A stretch of 64,000 bases of DNA from Cyanophora paradoxa CCMP329 (Eukaryota; Plantae; Glaucophyta). Positions 1 to 12,000 of the stretch are shown here, in pieces. Under the pieces are notes generated by a model that saw only the letters and a list, made by a program, of their open reading frames with translations, made no database searches and had not been told where the DNA came from. The position numbers and the translations under genes were made by a program. Numbering within the stretch: the stretch's first letter is position 1; every line of letters begins with the position of its first letter. The stretch covers positions 87,403-151,402 of the forward strand of contig QPMI01000224.1 of assembly GCA_004431415.1 (NCBI GenBank), given 5' to 3'.

Positions 1-3000
1 CCAGACCAAGGGGGCACACTTGTCACCGTTCGCGGAACGAATCTTTTCCGTGAGCTACCGCAATGCATGTTTTCTGGTCAGATTATGGATGCTCGGTCTC
101 TTTCGTCCTCATTTTGGATCTGTGAATCGCCAAGCTTCAAGTTCTTTGCAGCTGTGCTTCAACTGGCAGGAGCAAGCGTTCCGGAGACAGGGTCACGCCC
201 AGTGGCAATCGGCAGACGAGTTGCTATCGAGCAAGTCTCTCCAGATGTGGTATCTGACATCGGCGGCAGTCTCATGTCATTGTCAGTCTCAAACGCCACC
301 ATGGACGACCTTCCCTCGTGCCTCTTCGACGGAAAGTTCCTCGTGGCTGGTGACCTGATCAGCAGCTCTCAGATCCGTTGCATACCTGTTAGCCGTTCGC
401 CGTCGATCTCGTCTCGCGTGCAAGTCACCACCAATCAAATTGACTTCTCCGACGCTAGCCCACAGATCGCATTCGTAGGTGTGCAATGGTATACGTAAAT
501 TCACCAAATGTCATTCTCACCGTCATCGCGCAGAGGCGCCTCGGGCGTATAGTGTGCAACCTAGCAGAGTGATGTCAGCCGGGGGGGGCCTGGTCACTGT
601 TGTCGGCTCCCATTTCGCTCTTTTCCCTTACGTCATGCAAGCTGTCTTCGGCTTCCAGGCGGCGGGGAGCACAGCTTCGACGGCTTCTCTGCTTGTTGCA
701 TCGAGCCCGAGTTCGCCCGCAGGATTTACAGCACTTGAGCTTGTGAAGGTGGCTGGTATATCAACGGCTTCCGGGCTGTTAGTCGAGTTCGCGGAACCTG
801 CCTCGGTCGTGGAAGTGCTTCCATACCGAGCACCAGTAGCGGCCACGTCGTTAGTTTTGCTTTCGGGGCACGACCTTCACCATTCTGCCAATTTTGTCTT
901 GTCAGCAGTGAGATCTCCGGCGTCTGCCCGCATTATATCTACTGCTTGTGGCGTCACTGAAACGTTTGGTGATTACGAGACGACCAAGCAGGTGCAGATC
1001 ATGGAAGGCGGGTCCGGTCTCTTAAACAACCAAGCATCGATTGAATATTACATGCTGCCAACGTTGAGATCTGTGGCGCCTGTATCGCTGAATTCATTTG
1101 GCGGAGATATCATCACTTTCAATGGAGTGGGATTCTCCGACGCCGCAACTTGTGTGTTCGGTCTGCGAGTCTGGGTGACAGCGTCCTTCGTCACAGGTTC
1201 AATTGTGGAATGCGTTGCTCCGTCCCTCCGTCCAGCTGGCAGCATCTCTGTGGGCGTTTCCCTTGACAAATACATTATATCTCTTGAGCTGAGCTTCATT
1301 CAAATCAAGAGCGACATCTCGTCCTGGTTGGCCACGACACATCTCCCTTCGCTTGGATCTCAGATGACCGTTCCTCCCAACATTGCAATTGTCAGAATTC
1401 TGCCAAAGACCTCTCCAGCGTCCAGCAGCACTCTCCTCGAAATCAGTGGCTCTGATCTGCTCGCTGCTGGTCCTCGGAGCGTGTGCTTTGTATCGGGCCG
1501 GAATGTAATCGCCCCTATTAGAGATCTCTCATCGGCGACAGCCCTTTGCGAACTCCCGCCATGGAGCTCTTTGGGTCTTGCTTACGGATCCATTGAGACC
1601 GGTGTGTCATCGGATGAGGTTTTGTTCCCTCGAACAGGTTCGAGAGAGCGCAGGTAGTTACACCTTTCCAATTTCTGACCAAAGCGATCAGATGATATCG
1701 TCGTGCTGCATGTCGACCCGCCGTCTGCCACCGCCAACGGCGGCGAAATGCTCAGAGTGGCCATTGAACCCACTGGAAATCAAAAACTTCCAGCCATATA
1801 TTGCCGTATAGGGAAGATTGCAGTGGCCGGGGGTGACTACACGGGTTCTTTTGTGATATGTGTAACACCGTCAGGCCAGCAGGGTGTCGCCCACGCGCTA
1901 GAGCTCTCTGTAAACCAGATGGATTTCTCCTTGGCTGGTGTATCGGTTGTGTACGGAGGTCTGCGACCTTAGCGACAAAATTTGGTTTGTCACTGGGACT
2001 GACATGTTTTTCTTCTACAGTTGCCAGTAAGATCGTAAGTGTGCAACCTGGGACCGGCTCCGCTGGAGCTGCTTCGACGTCAGTGGCCATTGTGCAATCG
2101 GCAATTGCAGCTTATGACCAAGTGCATGTCTTTTTCGGGGGCACGATTATCTCTGGGCTGCCAGAAGGCAGGCGTGTTGTTCGTGTGTTCACTCCTGCTG
2201 TTGAGGCTGGGTTTACTACTCTGCATCTCGGTAACGGAGACAACCTTGATACTTCATCTGCGCAGTTCGAATTCAGATGTTCGGCCTTTTTTATGTCATG
2301 ATATGTCATGCATGTATTCAAGCATTGCGCAGCTGCGTTTTCTTTGCGGTCTGTAACACCACAGATCATCTGGGATGGCCCGGCGCTTCTTGCGTTTACT
2401 GGTTCCAATCTTCCTCTAGATCAGCCTGTGTGTTGCGCAGAGACCGGGGCTTCGTGTGGCAGGAGAGCTGTTGGCGCCAAGTCGTCAGCATTCCTGCTTT
2501 GTGTTGCCTATCCACCGGAAGCGGCGTCCCTCCAGCAGTCAACTGGCTTGGAGTTGCGTGTCGTCAGCAAGCCCTCCTCCATGACGGTTGGCCCATCAAC
2601 GATCCTGGCGATTGGCGGTTCTCGAGTTTCAATTTCGGGCTCCTTGTTCGCATCGAGCAGCGCTACGTTCTGCATGTTCAATAAGATAATTATCTTCGGT
2701 ATCAAGATCGACTCGCAGAACCTGAACTGTTTGTCGCCGGCACTGGCGTCCCGTTTGCATGGCCCCTCTTCTGTCGTAGGAGTTGGTCTTGCTCCCGATA
2801 ACTTGTTCTCTTTCTCGCAAATGCTCGATGTGGAAGGTTTGCGTTCATATTATTCATTGAAAATCGTGTCTGATCCTAGTACAGACCTGCCAAGACTATC
2901 TACTCTTGTCCCTCCCACAGCATCGGTCGCGGGAGGCTCAAAACTCGCAGTGGCAGGGAGAGGCCTGGGGCTTCTCATCTCCGGCTCCGCCGACGCTCCC

Positions 3001-6000
3001 CAGATGCAGCTCTCATCGTCAGCCGTGCTTACTCTTCTGCCCTCTCATTCGTCTGGCTTCGGTGTTTTGTGGCTATGGCTGGAGCAAGGCCACTGGCCGA
3101 CATCGCTGCAGATTGAGTATCGCGGTACGTCGCTGAGCCATGGTGTAGGTCTGTCGCAATCTGAAAGCACGATGTGTCGTCAGATCCGCCGACTGTATCT
3201 TATCTAGCGCCACGCGGAGGCCCAGCATCCGGAGGCACCTTGGCAACGGTAGTCGGACGCCACCTCTCTGGAGTTACAGCCGTTCTGGTCGGTGATTCGC
3301 GCATACAACGCATTCACTGCCCCTCTTCCACCGCTTGCTTGCTGGACGTTCCTCCGGACGAAGTTGGCGAAACCGTCAGTCTGTGTCTTTCTCTCATCCA
3401 GGGGGACGCCGTCGCAGCGAAAAGCTCTTTTGCTTACGAAGGTAAGAGAACCGTGTGGACTCGATCGCTTTCCCAACCGTCTCGCAGGGAGCCATACCGT
3501 CTGGAACGTGGAGCCCGCCCTAACTTCTGAAGCAGGTGGCTCCCTCCTATCGGTTGGTGTCACCGGACGCCAGAGTGGCCTCTTCAGCTGCGCGTTCAGA
3601 GGAAAAGTCTTGGTCACGGGTATCGTCCAGCAGAACGGCGCGATAGTTTGTGCCCCGCCGGCGGGCGTAGAGGGTCTCCGTGCCACTGTTGAGATTTCGG
3701 GTAACGGCGTAGACTTCTCATTGGACGGGCACGCTGTCATCTACTCCAGTGCGAAATTCTCCCTTGACCTCGGCCACCCCCTCTTATTCAGTGATGCCTG
3801 TGCAGGAGCAGCTGGTGCAGCATATACTGTTGGTGTAGCTGTGTCAGCCGGTCATTCAGGTTCAGTGCTCGTCGTGGGCAGGCGTTTCTCGCCGCAAAGA
3901 GCGTGGTCTTGTGTCTTCGGTACCTCTACAGTGCAGGCTGTCGTGGTCTCGCGGGTTGTTCTGGCGTGCACTACGCCCTCTATGGAGCCCGGGTTTGTGG
4001 CCGTTCATGTTTCAAGTGACATGGGCTTGTTGGGTACAGCAAGCTCTTCACTTCACTTCTCCGGTGCGCTCTGGTGTGCTGTTCTGTACGGTTCGATTCA
4101 ATAACGTGCTGCCAGAAACTGCTGCGGAGCGAGCTATGGCGCCTGCAGCTGTTCCTGTCGGGACCGACTCGCTTGTCGTGGTTCAAGGAACCGGCCCGGG
4201 GCTCGATCGCGTTTGTTCTCAGCTCGGTCGTGTGGGGCATGTCTTATCCACCGGGACGGTTGTCTGCGAAGCATCGTTGTCGGGGCGCCCACCTTCTAGT
4301 GACGTCTTCGTCCGGGTGCATCCTCCGGTCAAGGCAACTACGATCGTTCCGAACGTTGGTTTCGTTGTTGGAGGGTCAAGAATGGTGTTAGCTGTGACTG
4401 GCATCTCCAAAAACGAGCCTTACTCGTGCCGTTTTGGTACCAAGATCTACGTGTCTGCTGACGTCGGGGACGAGCATGCGAGCTGCACATCCCCTGCAAG
4501 ATCTAGCTCGTTGCAGAGCGTCGAGATTTGTGGTAGCCGATCTACTTTGCATGAGGTTGCACCTCTCTGGTTCCAGTACATTGGTTCGTCTGCCTCGCGC
4601 GCACTCTTTCGGTCGCTCACCGCCGGGCTTTGCAGAGATCCCGATGGTCGAGCACTCGTCCCTCACATCTGGACCGACTGTGGGAGGGTCCAGTCTTGTG
4701 CTAGCAGCACGTCGGTTGCCGTTGAATCTCCTCGACGGATCGTCGTTAGTCTGTCTCTTCGGAGCTGGAGTAGCGATGCCTGCAACTGCAAGTACGACGG
4801 AGAAAGTCACATGCGTCTCGCCACAGATGTTGCCCGGCGTCACAACCGTTTCAGTGCTTCTTCCGGGTATTGGGACAATCGGTCCGTCGAGTACCTTCTC
4901 CTTTGAAGGTTCGGAATTCGATCTGGTTTCGCTCATTTTCGAAAGAGTTGACCGCACAGCAGCGTTGGCGGAGTCGTCTCTTGCCGCGCCGGCAGCAGTC
5001 AGTGCCGTTGGCGGAGGTCTCCTGGCTCTGACAGGCGCAAATGCTCGAGACGGCAGTCAGTCTTGCCGATTTGTGCATGGAGAGGCATCCTCTGCAGCAG
5101 AAGCCGGTCGCGTGCTTTCAACAGTCATGTGGCTATGCGAATCCACGCCGTGGCTCACAGACAGAACTGCGATGCACCTGAAAGTGTCTTCAAATGGAGC
5201 AGACTACCTCGTCAGCGCAACCAGTGTGGCTCTCACACAACCGCTACTCACAGCAGCTATTGATCCCACCGAAAGTGTGGTAACTGGTGGCACTCTCATT
5301 CGCACGTTTGCTTTCGCTGAACGTGGAACCCATCTCATGGCGTGTCGCTTCTCGAAGATTGCTGTTCACGTCAGTTTTGGTGCTGGCAGCTCTCCACAGT
5401 CGCAATCGTTCTGCGTTGCCCCAGCTCATGTATCAACGGCATCGTCTGTCGCGTTCGCCGCAAATGCTGTGGACTTCGCTCCGTCGGGCACCGCATTGCG
5501 ATACTTCGGTGTGCTCTCTCCGCGTTTCTTGCTGCGTGGTGTACTGAACGGACGCAGATCGGTCGCCTCGTCTCGCTCAAATGTGGCCTGGTATCCTCCC
5601 GACTCACACCCGGTCGGTTCTCGTGATTGCTGGTACGCACTCGGCTATGTCGAGTCCGATGATCGGAGGGGGCGGAGTTGCGATGCGCGGACTACGCTTT
5701 TCAAGATCGTTATTCGAAATTTCTCTGTACGCGAGCTCTGCAGGCTTTGCGCCCGTAGGGAACACGCATCTGGAAGCAGGTTTGGGTGAGCATCATCTCC
5801 TCGTCGAGTTCGTTGGTGAGATGCTCAGTTATCTTGTCCGTTTTGAAATCGTAGCTGAAACAATCATGTCTAGATGCAGCAATGCTCCGCGAATTCGTAC
5901 CGGCCATTATCTCGAATTCGGGCTCGCTCCTAATGCTGGCCGGATCTCACTTTAGCCACGAAGTGGCTTGTCAACAAGACGATCGCGCCTCACTTGCCCT

Positions 6001-9000
6001 CCGTGCCGTGTCGACGTCGTTCGCCCTGTGTGAAACATCCTTTGTCGAGTCCACGTCTTCTCTCTCTGTCGGTTTGAGAGGAAACCCAGTCCGCGCCCCC
6101 GAACTCGGATCCTCGATAGCGCTGATCGGTGCGTTTACTTTTCTTCCTCTTTGTGTCTCTCGTGTTTCCAACCGAAGGGAATTTCAGGTGTAAATGCGCC
6201 TTCGGTTGTTGACGTGACCCCAGCCGTGGTCGCCGGAATCGGTGGCACCGCGATCACCATCACAGGCGGTGGATTTTCAGACGATGTCCGCGCGTCTGTC
6301 GGTTGCCGTTTGGGTGAGAAGTTGTTCGTCCGTGGTCAGAGACTCGATGACCGTAGAGTTCGCTGTGTCACATCATCGACGGCATCGCGGGCACTCTCAC
6401 TGGATGTCACTCTGAACGGGTTTGATTTCGCTATGAGCGTATGGGAGCTCCCCGTTCTTGGTGAGTAGAGAGAAGCCTTCCACCTGAACTCCGATTTACT
6501 CCCCCTTCCAGATCGGCCGAATGTTCTGGCGGTGCATGGATCCTTCGGGGCTTCGGACTCGAGATCCGCAGTGAGGATCTTCGCATCTGGGGATGTAGCT
6601 CCATTCCTCCGTTGTCGTTTCGGTCTCCAGGCAACATATGCGGACGGTATGCGGGCGACAAGCGTGCTCAATCTGCGGACTCGTTTGCCTGACGGAGCAG
6701 CGAGTCTTTCTCTCCCACCGCTGCTCTTCGCGCCTTCAGAGTCGAGCCAAACAGCTCTCACGCAGCTGTACCGTCTCCGAGAAGTCCTCTGCTCTTCTCC
6801 GCCTGCGAATTCCGCTGGTTTCGTGTCCCTTGATTTAAGTGTCACCGCCGACCTGTTCCACTCGACGGGCCACGAGTTCGCGTTCGTCCAGACGGGGATT
6901 GTGCTTGCTTCAACGCCTGCAAGAGCTCTCGTGGAAATTCCTACACTTCTGACACTCCGCGGCTCTCACCTCAGACACGGATCGCTGGTCTGCACGATTC
7001 GCGATCAGGATTCCGCAGGCGTGAGCATCCACACGCTGTCGAGCGGGCTGGCTGTGTGCGAGACATCCGTTTCCTGCTCATCGTGCAGTCCGACCACCAA
7101 GTCTCTTGTTCAAGTGACTGCCCATACAATGCCTGTCCACTCGATCGCAACCGTCGAGCTTGTCCCGTGGCCAAAGCCGAGCGCAATAGACCCGCTCGCT
7201 GGACCCGCCACCGGCGGTACTCAAGTGTCTGCGTACGCTGAAACAACTGTGTTCCCCGAAGCCGGCCCGGTATTCTGCCGATTCGGAGTGGTGATCACGG
7301 GTGCAACGACCTCCGATGCACGAATTCTGAGCTGTCTGGCGCCTGCTGCAGCACCGAACACAGTCTCCACTGACTTCAGCTTCGATGGGTCGGAGTTCCC
7401 TCCGACTGGGCTTTCGTTCAACGTGTATCAGCCTCTGATCATTGCATCTGTCACCCCCATCAGTGCACCGGCACGCTCCGTAGTTCCGCGAACCCTAGCT
7501 GGGCGTTTCCCGCCAGCCCCCTTGATGTCTGTTCTATTCGGTGCCTTCGCCGCGCAAGTGGCCGAGTACTCTTCAGACCGTTACGTTACTGTCAGAGCGC
7601 CACAGAGCGAGCTCGGCTTCTGCGCGGTCTCGGTCACTCCGAATCGTGCAGGCACCGGGGTTGTGGCAAGCACGCAGGATGAGTTCTTTGGTGCGTCGGC
7701 GTATGTCGCTCAATGCTTGTTCTCGTCCTGACTTGCGCCTGGCAGCGGAGCCCGCGCCCTCGTCGTTGTTCCCGCGAGTTGGCTCGGGCGGTACTGCAAC
7801 GCTGATCGCGGTGGCTGGATCAAACTTCGCCACAACGAACCGGCTCTTCAGCTGCGGCGCTGGAAGGCACCGCAGCAGCGGGCGGCTCCTATCGTCATCG
7901 CTGGGGTTGTGCGAGCTTCCGCAACTTGCAGAAGTTGGCGTCGCGTCGTTCGACGTGTCTCTGAACGGCCGAGATTACACCAACTCTGCGTTGCAGTTCA
8001 AGACGCAAGGTACACGCGATTCTCAACTATAGAGAGATCCGCTAATGCACGGTCGCAGCCATGGTCACTTTTACGCGGGCTGTCACTCGTCTTGGGTCCG
8101 AGGATGGCGGGACGGTCACTGTTCTTGCCGGCCTCAACCTCCCCAGGTCCACGCTCTTAACGTGCAGAGTCGGCAAGGTGGAGCTTCACGCGGAGTGGAT
8201 ATCCGACTCGTCCGCCGAATGCCAGACACCTGCCAACGTTCCGCGAGCAGCTCTAGTTTCGTTGTCGGGCGATCGTGCTGACTTCCAGTATGGCGTCGAT
8301 CGCTTCACTTATATCGGTATGCTCGTTCGCTTGCTGACTCCCAAACCGCTCTAACTGGCTCCACAGCCCGCCCGACCGTCTCGGCAATCACGCCCAGCCA
8401 GGGCGTGGACACGAGCGAGAGCATGGTGTTCGTTCACGGAAGCAATTTCGTGAACACGTCCGGCATCGTTTGCCGCTTTGGCGCCAAGCGCTCGCGCGGC
8501 TTCTTCCTGTCGCCCACCTCCGTCATGTGCCTCGCGCCTCTGCACACCGAGGGGCGCGTGCAGTTGGAGGTCTCTTTCAACGGCCAAGACTTCACTTACA
8601 ATCGCCTCCTGTACTCGTTCGGTGCGCCACTGGCGCCCGAGCCCCCGTCTCGTCTGCTCGACTCACCGCGCGTTGCAGTCAAATGCCGCGGAGGGACGTT
8701 CTGCAGCAACCAGGCGCAGTACGCGTGTCCGAAGGGGTCGTACTGCTCAGGCGTCGGCAACTTCAACTTCACGCAATGTCCGCCGGGGACATATCAGCGT
8801 ACGCGCCGTGCGCTGTTCTTGCGCTGAACGCGGACCTGACGATACTCTGCAGCTCTGGCTGGCCAGGAGACGTGTCTCCCGTGCCCGTCGGGCAACGTCT
8901 GCCCGAGCTTCGGAATGTCGCGCCCGCTGCCCTGTCCGCCAGGCTACATCTGCAACACAACGGGCCAGGCGTATCCGAATCAGATCTGCCCGCCCGGCTC

Positions 9001-12000
9001 GGTTTGCCCTGGCGGCCAGCGGCGCCTCGAACGCAACGACGACCCGACCATTCTCGATGACCGGCCCAGTGTGTGTCCTCCAGGCTACTACTGCCAGGCC
9101 GGCGTCGGTTCGTCATCTCTCGTCTTCCCTGCAGGTACTTTCTGTTTTGCTGATACGGCCTTGGGCAGCTTCGTTCGTGTCGATTCCTGGCAACTTCACG
9201 ACTCCTCAGCCTTGCTACCCCGGCTTCTTCTGCGAGAGCGGCTCGGAGACGCCGCAGGGCAGCGGTCCATGCCCGACAGGCTACTACTGCCCTGCAATCT
9301 TCCCCGTGCCCGTTCTTCCTTGCCCTCCAGGCTCCTACTGCCCGGAAACCGGCAATCTCTCCCCCAAGCCGTGCACCCCTGGCTTCTTCCAAGATCAGTA
9401 CGCATCGTCCGAGTGCAAGGCCTGCCCCGAGGGATACATCTGGTGCGAGCGCCGCCCTTGCGCGTCCGGCGGCTCTGACTGCGCGCCTGCAGCCCTGGGT
9501 TCAGCCGTATCATGCCGGAGCTCTGCCCTCCAGGCCAGATCTGCGAGAACCAGATGCGTGCTGCTCCGGACAGCCAGTGCACGCCGGGCTATTACTGTCC
9601 CGCCGGCGTCGAGACGTCAAATCTCCTCTCGGCATCGCCTTTCAAACCGCGCCCGTGCCCCAACGCGACGTATTGCCTCGCCGGGACACGTGCGTGCCAT
9701 GGGGCCCCGCGCCCGTGCGCCCGCGCAGCCCCTCATGCAGGGTCCTCGGGCAGGGTACCTCTCCATCCGCCCTGGCGACGCGTTCGGGCCTCAGGAGTGC
9801 GTGGCCGGCACGTACTGCTTGATCGCCACGCCGTCGCCGTTCGGCACGGCCCGCTGTCCGCCCGGCTACTACTGCCCACGCGGCGTCTCCGCGCCCATCG
9901 CCGCGCCGCTCGGACAGTACGCATTTGGTCTCGGCAATTCGTTCACGATCAAGTGCCTTCCTGGAACCTACGCCCGTGCGCACGAGAGGGCCGTGCTGGC
10001 GCGCGCCGCCCCTCGCTGACGGGGCGCCTGCAGCGGTCATCGCGACGGAGACGTGCCTGGCGTGCCCCGCCGGCTTCGAGTGCGCGGCGGAGGGGACGTC
10101 GGTTCCGACCATCTGCCGCCCCGGGACGTACCGGGCGCGGGGCGTCAACTCGGCGCAGGGGGCCGGCCCGCAGCCGGCGGACCTGCAGGGGACCGTCCTC
10201 ACGGTGACGTGCCAGCTGTGCCCGCAGGGCGCCTACTCGGGTGTCGAGGGCCTGCAGGACATCTCGATGTGCGAGCCATGCCCCGCCGGCCGCGTCTGCA
10301 AGGTCGAGGGCATGAAGTTCGTCAACGAGAGCGCCGAGTGCCCCGAGGGCTTCGTGTGCGGGCCCGGGACGACGACCTCGACGATGTTCGCGACCAAGTG
10401 CCCGGCCGGCTTCTTCTGCGACTACGGGACGTCGCCGGACACGCAGTTCGACAACGACTGCCCCGCCGGCTACTTCTGCCCCGAGGGCACCGCCGCCTCC
10501 TCCAGGACCTCCTACACCTGCCTCGAGAAGTGCGCCCCGCGCGCCCCTCCCGCTCCCGCCCCGGCGCCCCCTCACGCCGCCCCGCAGCTACTACTGCCCG
10601 GCCCGCACGGCCGGCTACCTGCAGCCGGACGGGACGTGGGACCTGCAGCTCGTGCCTGTGCCAGGCTCGTCGGACTTCGTGCGGCTCTTCGCGACGCGCC
10701 TCAACCAGTTCCGCACGGGCTACTCGTCGCAGGTCTTCGCGCGCCTCGTGCCGACGGCGGTGGACCCGAGCGAGACGAGCGCCGCCGAGATGTTCTCCAT
10801 CGCCTCGGCCTCCTCGCGCTTCTCGCGCTACACGCCCCTCGTCCGGCGGCGCGCCATTCTCCAGAGCCTCGCCGTCGTCGACCCGACCTTCCAGGCCGGC
10901 GACGAGGTGAGCCTGAAGTGCCCGGAGGGGACGACGAGCCGGCCGCGCATGTCCTCTATCGACGACTGCGTCAAGGACCAGGGGGCCGGCTCCCTCGTCT
11001 CCATCAACCCGCTCCTCTCCGCCTACCACCTCGACACGACGACGGGCCGCACGCGCGCCATGCAGCCGCACTTCGTCTTCCCGGGCAACGTCTCGTTGAA
11101 GGCGAGCGGGATCAGCTGGCCCCGCGACAACATCACCGTCTTCAAGGTCCCGGCGACGACCATCGTGCGCATCGCGTGGAACCTCACGGCCATCAACCGC
11201 CGCGAGCCGCTCCTCCAGTACGGCGAGCACTTCCGCATCTCCGTCTTCAACTCAACCCTCGTGCGCCGCACCCGTCCCCCCCCACCCCCCACCCTCCTTC
11301 CCCCTCCTGCTGACTTTTTTGCGTGGCAGGATCCGGCGACGGACCCGGACAACGTGCTCTTCGGGCTGGTAATGCGGGAGGCGCCGACGGAGATGCCGTA
11401 CGCGCTCTCGACGATGTCGAAGCCGTCGCCAGCGCAGCCGGAGGTGCCGAACGACTACCTCTCGGTGCTGTACTTCGAGGTCGTCGCGCAGAAGGACGTC
11501 TACCTCGCCGTCACCGTCGACATCCTCCACGGGCGCTACGTCGACCTCCGCGCCGAGTTCCGCCGCACGATGACCCTGCAGTTCTCGCGCGCGAGCCGCA
11601 ACGCCGACCCCAAGACCCCGAAGTCCTTCTACGCCGTCGTCACGAACAAGAAGTCGCCGGCCGACGTGGCCATCGGCTTCAACTTCATGGACGTCAAGCG
11701 GGACGTCAACGAGGGCGCGGCGCAGGCGAGCTGGGCCCGCGACAACGACATCCTCATCTCCTTCCTCGGCGTCTCCAACGTGACCCTGGCGCCCGACCGG
11801 CAGCCGAGCCTCGTCGAGAACGCGACCCTCACCGACGTCGAGAACGCCGCCAAGGCGAACCGGCAGTACTGGCGCGACACCGACCCGCGCGTGCAGGCAT
11901 TCCCCTTCATCCCGTACCTCTCCCGCTGCGACGGCTTCGGCGCCTACGTCAGCATCGCGTCGGTCCTCGAGCACCCGAACTGCACCCTCGTCGACCCGGC

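Noticed and set aside
1-8400. IPT region as a frameshifted pseudogene
   Set aside because: The frame changes checked are explained by canonical GT-AG introns at repeat boundaries.
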